Part shown: positions 1 to 8,876 of the stretch, one piece after another | How positions within the stretch are numbered: the first letter of the stretch is position 1 | Layout of the letters: every line of letters begins with the position of its first letter | Assembly (NCBI GenBank): GCA_030428385.1 | Contig: JAUIDY010000015.1 | Span: forward strand, 854-64,853 | Source of the DNA: Rhodothermia bacterium | Lineage (GTDB): Bacteria > Bacteroidota > Rhodothermia > Rhodothermales > JAAAOL01 | DNA: 64,000 bases | Reading direction: 5' to 3' | Position numbers and translations under genes: made by a program | Notes under the pieces: generated by a model | Told to the model about the DNA's origin: nothing | The model's input: the letters and a program-made list of their open reading frames with translations, nothing else | Databases searched by the model: none

Positions 1-516
1 TTCGCGAAAGTCCTTGTCCCTAGTTTCCTGCTCCTGGGCATTACGCAAACTGCTTTCACGCAGGATATCATATCCTATGCGGTCACGTATACTTACGACA
101 CACAGGGCCGCCTCACGGAAGCCATGTACGACGACGACATGCGCATTGCGTACACTTACGACGCCAACAACAACCTCCGCGCCATCGTCACCGAGTCGCC
201 CCATGGCGTGGCCACCGAAGGAAGCTCCGACCTCCCCACCCGGTTCGTGCTCCACCATAACTACCCGAACCCTTTTCACCCCTTCACCACCCTTACCTTC
301 GACCTGCCCGAACCTGCCGACGTTCGAATCGAGATCCTTGATGTGTTGGGACGCCGCGTGCGAATGCTCCCCGTGCAGACCATCCCTGCGGGCTTCGCAC
401 GAACGAGGGTAGTCGATGCCTCGGCCTGGGCAGCGGGCGTCTATTTCTATCGCGTCCGTGTGCAAACCCCAACGCGAACCCTGATCAGAACAGGCCGAAT
501 GGTGGTGATCAACTAA
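1..516 (+). CDS. Small secreted YD-repeat protein with T9SS C-terminal sorting domain (5' end just outside window)
   Basis: Frame 1 is open from nt 1. FAKVLVPSFLLLGITQTAFTQ looks like the end of a signal peptide. It has two YD-type repeats (YTYDTQGRLTEA, YTYDANNNLRAI). The C-terminus NYPNPFHPFTTLTFDL..ILDVLGRRV..GVYFYRV fits the T9SS sorting-domain pattern. The ORF track lists it only from Met at 124. Confidence 0.7.
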   Translation, partial: FAKVLVPSFLLLGITQTAFTQDIISYAVTYTYDTQGRLTEAMYDDDMRIAYTYDANNNLRAIVTESPHGVATEGSSDLPTRFVLHHNYPNPFHPFTTLTFDLPEPADVRIEILDVLGRRVRMLPVQTIPAGFARTRVVDASAWAAGVYFYRVRVQTPTRTLIRTGRMVVIN

Positions 517-777
517 AGAAAGGTTGCAGATGCTACCAAGGTCGGTGGCTGTTCCTCAGGAAGAACATCACCTTAAAACACCTCTCGACACAGTCTACCT
601 CCGCTGGGCCTAGGGAGAAAGGCAGAGGCACAGGGTAGAGACGAGCGACGTGGTTAGCACGTGCTCCCGTACCAGACAGGTTCTTAGCACCTCGGCAATC
701 GTTCCGCTCAACTTTTTTGGAAGGTAGTACTGCTCTCTCTACGCAAAACCACCGAATTACACAACGTTGACAAGGCC

Positions 778-858
778 CACCTCAGTGATGAGAAGGCGCT
801 CTCGCTCTATCCCTGTAGTATGACTACCGATGAGATCCAGAGCCACCTTCTTTCCTAA
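778..858 (+). pseudogene. Relic of an IS256/Mutator-family transposase (27 codons)
   Basis: Reads HLSDEKALSLYPCSMTTDEIQSHLLS-stop. This resembles the DExxLSLYAxGxTTxEIxxH block conserved in IS256-type transposases. There is no start codon and stops lie on both sides. Confidence 0.3.
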
Positions 859-1130
859 CAGTTCGTAATTCCAGCCCCTTTTTATTTCATCGATCATCCA
901 TGTCCTCAAGGGTATTCACATCATCTACGAAGGGTTGTATCTTGCCTTCCCGTTGTTCATGTCTCCTTATGAGCGATGCGGTGCCTTGTTCTTTTCTTGC
1001 TCGTGCTCGCAGCCAACCCTCGCTGTACTAACCACGCAGCCCCTGCCCGTTAGCCTCGCCCAGCCATTGCAGGCAGTGCAAGGAGTGACAGGAAGTTAGG
1101 CCACCAACTGCACCGCTAAGCTCTATCGTT

Positions 1131-3305
1131 ATGCCTCCTCGTCCTGTCCCGATTGTCCTTGCTGGTATACTTGGCGTTGCTATGCTATGCCTCGGTATGT
1201 TGTCCATTGATGTACTAGGCGACTTCGCTTCGGTGACCAGCGAGCCGGGCTATCTCGACTTTAGCCCCGGCGCCCTTGCATACGAAGGCACGGTGGCATT
1301 GCCTACACATGTGGAAGGGGTGGCGGTCGAGACACGGACCCCCGCGCAGTTGCTGTACGAAGACTACATGGATCCGGACTCCCGTTTACTCAAGCCTGCA
1401 GCGGTGCAGGCCGCGCAGGAAGCGTTCGCCGCGACCCATGAAGCACACCGTCGGGCGTACTGTATTGCGGAGATGCTTGAGGACCTGAATGAAGAGGCCG
1501 CGTTGACTGCCCATGCCGCGCAGGCACAGGCTGATCTCGCCTGCGAGGTGCTCTCGGAAAAAATGCTCGACAAGTGGGCTGACCGAAAAGACTACGTCGC
1601 CTACCGGTTCGTGGAGGACCGCCTGTCCGATGCCCATGCGATGGCGCAGTCGTTAGCCCAAGCCCACGTCAGCATCGATCGTTTCAACGAACCCATCCCT
1701 GAGGTGGCAGTGTTTCTGCATGCGCTGTTCGACGCGCTGGAGGTGCACGAAAGCCTCCGGCTTGATCACGCGGGGCACACCAACCGAAGCGATGGGCTAT
1801 GGTCAATCCTTAGCTTGGTACGCAACCATAAACGAAAGCACTACCTCGAAACGGGCCGCCCGGAAGCTGTCAACCTGCTCGTTCCAGCGCACGACCGCAC
1901 TACGTATCCCAACCAGCGTTTCTTCGCGCCCGATCAACTGGTCACCTATTCCGGTGATATTGCTGCGCTGGATCCACCGAACTCGGGTTTCTGGAGGAAG
2001 CCTGCTTGGGCCATCAGGCAGTTCTCGATGACTGACTACCATCGCCTCGGTGTCTCCTCGCTTCGAAGCCACCACGATGATGACCAGTTTGCTTCGGTCG
2101 ATGACCAGGTGGCGGCCTTGCTCGATCCGGCAATGCCTATTCGGGTGACATATCGACAAGACGAACTCAAGGGACGCACCCCAAAAATGACGGTTCGACT
2201 GGGTGGGCAGAACTGGAAGCTCAAGTATGTGACCGACCGACGGGCGGTCGGGCGACAACTCAACCCAAGTAAAATCTACCAGAAGCGCTGGCTCGGCGCT
2301 GAAGTCAACGTTGAGCCTGTTGTCAACCACCTGGCTGCCGCGCTCGGTTACACCATCGACCCGACGTACTATCAGGAGCGGGTCCACCTTTACTTCCACA
2401 AGGATGTGTACAAAGGCCCGCCCGAGGAGCACGAAGCCCAGTTTTTAGCAGCCCGTGCAGCGATGATCGATGATCTTACTACTGCGTTTCCCTCGGCCAA
2501 TGTTGCCTCGGCGTTCCAAGCTATTCGCATGGACGCGGAAGGTCGGCGCTATCTGGAAGTGCGGAGCACCACCCTGGAAAAGAAGTCGGATTCGCTTACC
2601 GACCTCAACTTGGGCTACTTCATTCGCGGGGGCTATGGCAAGGCGTTGAAGCGCGAGTTTCGGGCATTTGGGGTGTTTTTAGCATGGATTGGCGACCCTG
2701 ACATCAAAGATGCTAACGTAAAAGCCAAGCTCGTACCTATCACCGAAGCTGACGGCACGGAGGGTTTTCGACTCGTCTACTCCGCCAGCGACTTAGGGGG
2801 GGCCTTGGGTACGGGGTTGCCTAACCTGTTCCCGAAAGATCTCGTCCTCGGCGTAGAGCGCGACTGGCAAGGGCGGCAGGCGACCGTTCACCTCACCTAC
2901 CGCAGCATCTTCCCCGCGCCACTCTTGGCCTCGGCTTCGTGGAGCGATGCGCGGTGGCTCGCCCGCCAGATTGGTCAGTTCACGCGTGAACAGATTATGA
3001 GCACCTTCCAATATGCGGGGTATCCCGATGTTGTCGCCGAGTATTACTCGGATATCCTTCTGTATCGGCGCGACCAATTGTTAACATCCCTTGATCTGAT
3101 GGGGGATACTGTGATTGCGACGGACGGCGAAGTTATCCGGTTCGAGCCCTTGAGCCGACTCCAGCATCCACGCCGATACCATGTGGAAGGGCACTCCCAC
3201 CTTTTCCGGCGGGGGCAGCTTCGCGACCGCCAACACGCCCTATTTGATACAACGCAGACCTTCTTTCCCCGCTATTGGGGCACCCGCTACCCGTGGAAGT
3301 GGTGA
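1131..3305 (+). CDS. Membrane-anchored hypothetical protein with protein-kinase-like core
   Basis: 724-aa ORF with an N-terminal hydrophobic anchor IVLAGILGVAMLCLGML. The central region carries an ordered motif series: NWKLKY, AEVNVE, GDPDIKDANVK (DxKxxN-like) and SASDLGG (DFG-like). I could not assign a confident family name. Confidence 0.75.
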   Translation: MPPRPVPIVLAGILGVAMLCLGMLSIDVLGDFASVTSEPGYLDFSPGALAYEGTVALPTHVEGVAVETRTPAQLLYEDYMDPDSRLLKPAAVQAAQEAFAATHEAHRRAYCIAEMLEDLNEEAALTAHAAQAQADLACEVLSEKMLDKWADRKDYVAYRFVEDRLSDAHAMAQSLAQAHVSIDRFNEPIPEVAVFLHALFDALEVHESLRLDHAGHTNRSDGLWSILSLVRNHKRKHYLETGRPEAVNLLVPAHDRTTYPNQRFFAPDQLVTYSGDIAALDPPNSGFWRKPAWAIRQFSMTDYHRLGVSSLRSHHDDDQFASVDDQVAALLDPAMPIRVTYRQDELKGRTPKMTVRLGGQNWKLKYVTDRRAVGRQLNPSKIYQKRWLGAEVNVEPVVNHLAAALGYTIDPTYYQERVHLYFHKDVYKGPPEEHEAQFLAARAAMIDDLTTAFPSANVASAFQAIRMDAEGRRYLEVRSTTLEKKSDSLTDLNLGYFIRGGYGKALKREFRAFGVFLAWIGDPDIKDANVKAKLVPITEADGTEGFRLVYSASDLGGALGTGLPNLFPKDLVLGVERDWQGRQATVHLTYRSIFPAPLLASASWSDARWLARQIGQFTREQIMSTFQYAGYPDVVAEYYSDILLYRRDQLLTSLDLMGDTVIATDGEVIRFEPLSRLQHPRRYHVEGHSHLFRRGQLRDRQHALFDTTQTFFPRYWGTRYPWKW

Positions 3306-3350
3306 GCGGGGTAACGCAACGAGTATGCAAACACCCGAGCGGAGCCTGAG

Positions 3351-4268
3351 ATGATCGAGCGTACAATCATTGTTAGAAACTGTCTGGCAGGTCGATTTGG
3401 GGCTGCGCCGGTCCCTTTTCGGCCCTTCGCCGCCCGATGCCCTGCGGCTCCGCCTCTGGTTTCTTGGCCCGTAGCGCTGCTACGAACCTCGAAATCGGAC
3501 GACGCTGGTCTCGAAAATCGCCTCGGCTCGCCTACAAACCCTCATACCTGGCAGTTTCTTTGTCTTGTACTCGTATTCGCCTTTCAACTTAGTGCGTTGG
3601 CTCAATCGCCGATGGAAACGCCTGCTGGGCTTCGCTCCGACTTAAGTATCGATGAACAGCTCTTGTTCGATGTATATGAGGTGAGGTCTCCTGCTTTCAG
3701 AAGCTATATGCGAGCGATTAACGCTACGTACTACCCCTTGCTTGTAGGAGGGGCCTTGTCTTCTTGGATAGACTGGAAGCGCGAAGCAAAAGGGATCTGC
3801 TGCCATGTTTGGAATGGGACGACAGAATCTGTAGCAGCAGCACTTGTCTCTGTCATTGGAATAAAACTATTGGTTCGAAGGCAGCGTCCGTATGCGGCCT
3901 TACCAGAGATCACTTCTCGGTCTGGCGAACATGAGGGAGCACCGCAGCGCTTCTCTTTCCCTTCAGGACATTCCGCTACGGCGTTTGCTCTAGCTGTATC
4001 GTGGAGTATGCGTTATCCTGATTGGTACGTTGTCGCTCCAAGCCTATTGTGGGCATCGAGTGTTGGGATAAGTCGTGTTTGGCTCGGCGTACACTACCCA
4101 AGTGATGTGCTTGTAGGAGCGCTACTTGGGTCGGGCATCGCATTTGGTATTCACTCCTTCGACATGCGTCTTCGAAAGCGGTTCAGTCTTTTTCTGCCTG
4201 AGCCACTGCGTGCAGTACGAATGCAACTTATTCCACCTCCAAACCTGGGAGTCCGTATTGGCTTTTAA
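3351..4268 (+). CDS. PAP2-family phosphatase (signal-peptide region interrupted in frame by the MITE; functional start may be ATG 3612)
   Basis: Three PAP2 motifs are present: KLLVRRQRP, PSGHS and SRVWLGVHYPSD. The longest ORF starts at ATG 3351, but codons 9-70 are MITE-derived. An alternative in-frame ATG lies at 3612. Confidence 0.8.
   Translation: MIERTIIVRNCLAGRFGAAPVPFRPFAARCPAAPPLVSWPVALLRTSKSDDAGLENRLGSPTNPHTWQFLCLVLVFAFQLSALAQSPMETPAGLRSDLSIDEQLLFDVYEVRSPAFRSYMRAINATYYPLLVGGALSSWIDWKREAKGICCHVWNGTTESVAAALVSVIGIKLLVRRQRPYAALPEITSRSGEHEGAPQRFSFPSGHSATAFALAVSWSMRYPDWYVVAPSLLWASSVGISRVWLGVHYPSDVLVGALLGSGIAFGIHSFDMRLRKRFSLFLPEPLRAVRMQLIPPPNLGVRIGF
3376..3558. mobile_element. 183-bp MITE-like element, copy 1 (inside the PAP2 ORF)
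   Basis: The ends are GAAACTGTCTGG and CCTGGCAGTTTC, an imperfect terminal inverted repeat, flanked by TTA/TTT. It has the same length as the copy at 35921-36103 and is about 70 percent identical to it by eye. The shared core is GGCCCGTAGCGCTGCTACGAACCTC. Confidence 0.6.
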
Positions 4269-4287
4269 TCAATATGCCGTTTTGCCT

Positions 4288-4420
4288 TGATGCATACCCA
4301 TTGCACGCTGAAAGCGCAAAACAAGACAAAGCCCCTGCCTTCAATAGAAAACGGGGGCTTTGTTGTACCCATGCCATTCTATACAGCGCAAAAGTCTTTT
4401 TATTACAATGACTTATGCCT
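4288..4420. repeat. Intergenic repeat cassette, copy 1 (82-nt invariant core with hairpin)
   Basis: The core runs from TGATGCATACCCATTGCACGCTGAAAGCGC to CAAAGCCCCTGCCTTCAATAGAAAACGGGGGCTTTGTTGTACC and recurs at 30362 and 40644. The stem is AAAGCCCC/GGGGCTTT (4328-4335/4354-4361). A tail AAAGTCTTT..ATTACAAT..CTTA follows. Confidence 0.7.
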
Positions 4421-4477
4421 ATTAATAATGACCCTTATACCAATTCCGAAGAACTGAGGTGCAAAGTTAAGCGAGAT

Positions 4478-4502
4478 GTCATCCCGAACTTGTTTCGGGA
4501 CC
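4478..4502. repeat. Small REP-like palindrome (GTCATCCCGAA..TTCGGGAC)
   Basis: The stem TCCCGAA/TTCGGGA has a 5-nt loop. It is of the same type as the palindromes at 51135-51215. It translates to the HPELVSG-type peptide that is common as a spurious ORF in Bacteroidota (from memory). Confidence 0.5.
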
Positions 4503-4697
4503 TCAACGCCGGAGACAGAGATGCTGACACGAACGAAGTGACTGACGCAGTAGCTCAGAACTTATTCAAGCTCATCATTTAAGTCCATTCCTATTTATCC
4601 GTACCTTGCCGATGGGCATCGGCAGTCAGCTATTATGATTGGCGCTCCTTTTCCCGCAAACGAGCATCCTACCCTGCATATCCACACCGCAGTCTGA

Positions 4698-7600
4698 ATG
4701 CGTTCTACCAGGGATCCATACAGACTCGCCCCTTGGCGATTCGTCCTACTCTGCGCCATGCTGGCGGGGGGGCCTGCGCTGTCATTTGCGCAACGCACCT
4801 CAGACTACGGGGTGCATTCGGATTATGCCGTCGTGCAGTGGACGGTGCTCAACGGCTTGCCTAACAACACCGTCACCGATTTACTCGTGGCGAGTGATGG
4901 GTATCTGTGGCTGACCACGAATGACGGACTCGTCCGTTTCGATGGGTCGAACTTCACCGTATTTAACGTCACCAACACCCCTCAGCTACCGAGCAACCGC
5001 TTTGTTAGCCTGGTCGAAGAACCCACCGGCTACCTCTGGATAGAATCCGAGCAGGGGGACCTGGCGCTTTACCACGACGGTCAGTTTACCGGATTCAAAG
5101 ACAAGATACCTCGCAACCTGTGGAAATCACACGTGCCCGTATCAGCCAACGCCGCCGCAGATACGGTGCTGCTAGGAACCGAGGCTGGCCTTGCTCGCTA
5201 TGTAGAAGACCACCTCGAACCCTACCGGCGCGATGTGATCGCCGGGCCGGTACAGACGATGGCGCGAGATGCAGACGGGCGACTCTGGATCTATACGCTC
5301 GGCTCCGGGCTGCATCGCTTCGAGCCTGATGGCAGCGTTCGGCAGATCCACCTGCCCATCCGTCCGGAAGATTCCAGATATATTCGTGTGGTGCCCGATG
5401 CATCGGGCAGGATGTGGGTGCAGCTAGACGGCGTCATCTTCCGCATCGACGGAGACCAGGTTGAGACCGTCCACACAGGCGAATTTAATGCGTTTACGCT
5501 GGAATCAGATGGAGCGGGCGGCATCTGGATCTCCTCGCGCGAGGAAGGGTGGTGGCATCATGAAGCATCGGGCCGCTCCACCCTGTATCCCAAAAGCACC
5601 GATGATCAATGGGCGGAGAACATCTTAGTAGACCCGGAGGGACAGCGCTGGGAGGTAGAAAACAGGTACCAATATACCTGGCAACAGAATCAGGGCCACC
5701 GCTTCTTGTCTGTGGGAAAAAAGAACGTATTCACGCTCCAGAATGATCGCTTTGAAAAGATGCGCTTTGACCAGCATGGCAACCTCTGGATTGCCACGCG
5801 CTTCCATGGTCTTTTTCGGATACGACGCTCGTTTCTACGCACGCTTAGCGTAGAAGAGGGCCTGCCAGACAAAGAAGTCTACCCCATCCTTGAGGATCGG
5901 AATGGTAGCATCTGGATCGGCACCTTTGGCCAAGGCCTTGCCCGCTTCGACACCGCGATGCAGGCCACCGTGTTTGAGCCGTGGGAACAGCTAAATGCGG
6001 CACACATCCTGTCGTTGCACGAGGATCACAGGGGCAACATCTGGGTGGGGCATATTTCGGGTATGTGCCGCATGGTGGAGCGCGGATGCGAAGATGTCGT
6101 CCTGCCTTCAGCCGATTATGCGCTGAACATACGTGCGATGTTTGAAGACCAGCAGAACCGCTTCTGGGTCGGCACCGAAGGCGGCCTGTTTGTCGGGCAG
6201 CCTGAGGACGCGGCCTTCACTTGGTCTCGCATTTCGCAACACTGGGTACGCGTCATTATTGAAGCACGGGACGGGACGCTCTTCTTCGGCACCAACGGAG
6301 ACGGGCTACTCTCCTACGACAAAGAAACCGGCGACGTGCAGCCCGTTGCGGCAGCGCAGGGGCTCCCCTCTACCCGAATCCGTGATCTTTACGAAGACAC
6401 CGACGGCTACCTCTGGATCGCGCTCGAAGACCGGGGCCTCTGCCGCCTGGATCAACGCGACCAAGCCGCCGCGCCGGAGCCTCTGCTCGCCTGCATCGAT
6501 AGCCACGCCGGGCTGTATCAGTCGGGGCTGCACCGGATTATCGAAGACGATGACGGGCGCTTCTGGTTCAACACAAACAGCGGCATCTTTTGGGTCGAGC
6601 GGGCGATGCTCAACGCCTACTTCGCCGGTGAAATCCCCTCTGTAACGTCGGTGAGCTACACCGAGGCCGACGGGATGCGTCACCGCGAGGGCAACGGCGG
6701 AATGCAACCCGCTGGAATCAAGGCCCGCGACGGACGGCTGTGGTTCCCGACGCAGGATGGCGTGGTGATTATCGACCCCACAGAGGTCCCCCCCACGAAC
6801 GCGCCCGTCGTTGTCCTAGAAACCGTGCAGGTCAGCGACCAAATGCGACATGTTACCCCGTCGTTGACGCTGCAAGCAACCGAGCGCGATGTCGCGTTTC
6901 GGTATGCCGCGCTGGAATTCAATCGCCCCGAAGATGTGCGCTTTCAATACTGGCTCGAAGGCTACGACGCGACGTGGCGCGATGGCGGCACCGAGCGCGT
7001 CGCGGCCTACACCAACCTGTCGCCGGGCGACTATACCTTCCAGGTGCGTGCCGGTGTCGGCGGCACCTGGGGCAACATTGCAAGCATGACCGTCGTGAGT
7101 ACGCCGTTCTTCTGGGAAGCGATTTGGTTTCGGCTGCTGATGGGCCTGCTCGTGCTCGTCATCGGTGCCGGACTTTATGCCTCCCGTGTGCGTCAGTTGA
7201 AGGCCCGCGAGGCCGAGTTGGAGCATGCCGTGGCCGAACGCACTGAGCAACTGGCCGAAAAAGCCGCCGAGCTAGAACAGGCCAACGCGCGCAAGTCCCA
7301 CTTCCTCGCCAACCTTTCGCACGAGTTCCGCACCCCGCTCACACTCACCTTTGGCCCGCTCGACGACTTGCTCAACGGCCGCTTCAAAGTCGAGGCGGCA
7401 GCCCGCCCGCACCTCGAACGCGCCCGGCGCAACGGCGGGCGGCTCCTGCTCCTGATCAACCAACTGCTCGACCTCTCGCGCCTTGATGCCGGTGCCCTAC
7501 GGCTCCAAACACGCCGCCACGACCTCGCCCAACATCTGCGGCAGATGGCGGCGCTCTTCGGGTCTTTCGCACAGACCCACACCATCGACTTTACGACGAA

Positions 7601-8876
7601 CCTCCCCGACCACGCCTTCCATGTTTACGATGCCGACAAGATAGAGAAGGTCATCGTCAACCTGCTGTCCAATGCCTTTAAGTTCACGCCAGCAGGCGGC
7701 AAAGTCTCGCTCTTGCTCACCGCCGAAGCCGATGGTGCGATGCGTGTGGTTGTAGCCGACACGGGGCCAGGCATCCCGGAGGCGCACCTGAAGCATCTCT
7801 TCGACCGTTTTTATCAGGTAGAGAGCGCCTCTACGCGGTCGCATGAAGGCACGGGGATTGGCCTCGCACTGGTCAAGGAACTGGTGGATTTACACGACGG
7901 CACCATTGAGGTAGAGAGCACCGTAGGTTTCGGCACGCGCTTCACCGTGCGGTTGCCGAGGCTCGCTGCCCCGCCGCTCCCCGAAACCAGCGCCGTTCCC
8001 GCCGCCGCATCGACCGCCCAAACGGGAGCATCCTACGCGATTGTCGCCGCGGTGCCCACCACCGCGCCATTGCCCGAAACGCCGGAGACGGCCCCCGACG
8101 AAGCAACGGTGGTGCTGGTGGTTGACGACAACGCCGATATGCGGGCCTACATCCGGTCGCACCTGGAGCAGCATTTCACCATCGTAGAGGCGGAGAATGG
8201 GCGTGCGGGGATGGAGCGAGCAATAGACGTGGTGCCCGATCTCATCCTTTCTGATGTGATGATGCCAGAGATGGACGGCTTGGAAGCGTGCGCCGCGCTC
8301 AAGGCCGATGTGCGAACGAGCCATATTCCCGTTGTGCTCCTGACCGCCAAAGCCGAGGTGGACCACCGCATCGAAGGATTTGAGCATGGCGCGGATGCCT
8401 ACCTCCCGAAGCCGTTCAACGCCGAGGAGTTGCAGGTGCGCGTGCGGACGATGATCGCCGAGCGGCAACGGCTGCGGGCGCGGTTTGTAGCAATGGCAGG
8501 CGATGGCGAACCGACGGCGGCCTCTGCGACGCAGGCTTTACCCCCGCATGAAGCCGCGTTCCTAGCCGAGGTAGAAGCCATCATCAAGACTCATCTCTCA
8601 GACGCACCGTTCAGCGTAGAGCTGCTGGCCGAGGCGCTGTTGATGAGCCGGCGGCAACTCTTCCGCAAGCTGCGCGCGCTGACCGAGGAAACGCCTGCTG
8701 CGATGATCCGGCGGCTGCGGCTGGAACACGCGGCTGTACTTTTGCGCGATGGCGAGCTATCGGTGAAAGAGGTAGCCGTTGCAGTGGGTTTCAGCAGCCA
8801 GGCCTCGTTTGGCAGGTTATTTAGAGAGACCTACGGCGTTCCGCCGTCTCGGTATGGTGAGGCCGCGTCGTCCTGA
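4698..8876 (+). CDS. Hybrid sensor histidine kinase/response regulator with AraC-type HTH (beta-propeller + Y_Y_Y sensor)
   Basis: The sensor has propeller-type repeats (DGYLWLTTNDGLVRFDG, IWIGTFGQGLARFD) and a Y_Y_Y-like segment RFQYWLEGYDATW..GDYTFQVRA, followed by a TM helix. The kinase part has the H-box SHFLANLSHEFRTPLT and G-boxes DTGPGIP and GTGIGLALV. The receiver reads VLVVDDNADMR..LSDVMMPEMDG..LTAK. The C-terminus is an AraC-type HTH. Confidence 0.9.
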   Translation: MRSTRDPYRLAPWRFVLLCAMLAGGPALSFAQRTSDYGVHSDYAVVQWTVLNGLPNNTVTDLLVASDGYLWLTTNDGLVRFDGSNFTVFNVTNTPQLPSNRFVSLVEEPTGYLWIESEQGDLALYHDGQFTGFKDKIPRNLWKSHVPVSANAAADTVLLGTEAGLARYVEDHLEPYRRDVIAGPVQTMARDADGRLWIYTLGSGLHRFEPDGSVRQIHLPIRPEDSRYIRVVPDASGRMWVQLDGVIFRIDGDQVETVHTGEFNAFTLESDGAGGIWISSREEGWWHHEASGRSTLYPKSTDDQWAENILVDPEGQRWEVENRYQYTWQQNQGHRFLSVGKKNVFTLQNDRFEKMRFDQHGNLWIATRFHGLFRIRRSFLRTLSVEEGLPDKEVYPILEDRNGSIWIGTFGQGLARFDTAMQATVFEPWEQLNAAHILSLHEDHRGNIWVGHISGMCRMVERGCEDVVLPSADYALNIRAMFEDQQNRFWVGTEGGLFVGQPEDAAFTWSRISQHWVRVIIEARDGTLFFGTNGDGLLSYDKETGDVQPVAAAQGLPSTRIRDLYEDTDGYLWIALEDRGLCRLDQRDQAAAPEPLLACIDSHAGLYQSGLHRIIEDDDGRFWFNTNSGIFWVERAMLNAYFAGEIPSVTSVSYTEADGMRHREGNGGMQPAGIKARDGRLWFPTQDGVVIIDPTEVPPTNAPVVVLETVQVSDQMRHVTPSLTLQATERDVAFRYAALEFNRPEDVRFQYWLEGYDATWRDGGTERVAAYTNLSPGDYTFQVRAGVGGTWGNIASMTVVSTPFFWEAIWFRLLMGLLVLVIGAGLYASRVRQLKAREAELEHAVAERTEQLAEKAAELEQANARKSHFLANLSHEFRTPLTLTFGPLDDLLNGRFKVEAAARPHLERARRNGGRLLLLINQLLDLSRLDAGALRLQTRRHDLAQHLRQMAALFGSFAQTHTIDFTTNLPDHAFHVYDADKIEKVIVNLLSNAFKFTPAGGKVSLLLTAEADGAMRVVVADTGPGIPEAHLKHLFDRFYQVESASTRSHEGTGIGLALVKELVDLHDGTIEVESTVGFGTRFTVRLPRLAAPPLPETSAVPAAASTAQTGASYAIVAAVPTTAPLPETPETAPDEATVVLVVDDNADMRAYIRSHLEQHFTIVEAENGRAGMERAIDVVPDLILSDVMMPEMDGLEACAALKADVRTSHIPVVLLTAKAEVDHRIEGFEHGADAYLPKPFNAEELQVRVRTMIAERQRLRARFVAMAGDGEPTAASATQALPPHEAAFLAEVEAIIKTHLSDAPFSVELLAEALLMSRRQLFRKLRALTEETPAAMIRRLRLEHAAVLLRDGELSVKEVAVAVGFSSQASFGRLFRETYGVPPSRYGEAASS

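Noticed and set aside
14-412. 132-aa ORF in frame 2 at the window start.
   Set aside because: It overlaps the frame-1 gene that carries YD repeats and a T9SS domain. Its product is Pro/Ser/Thr/Arg-rich, with low complexity.
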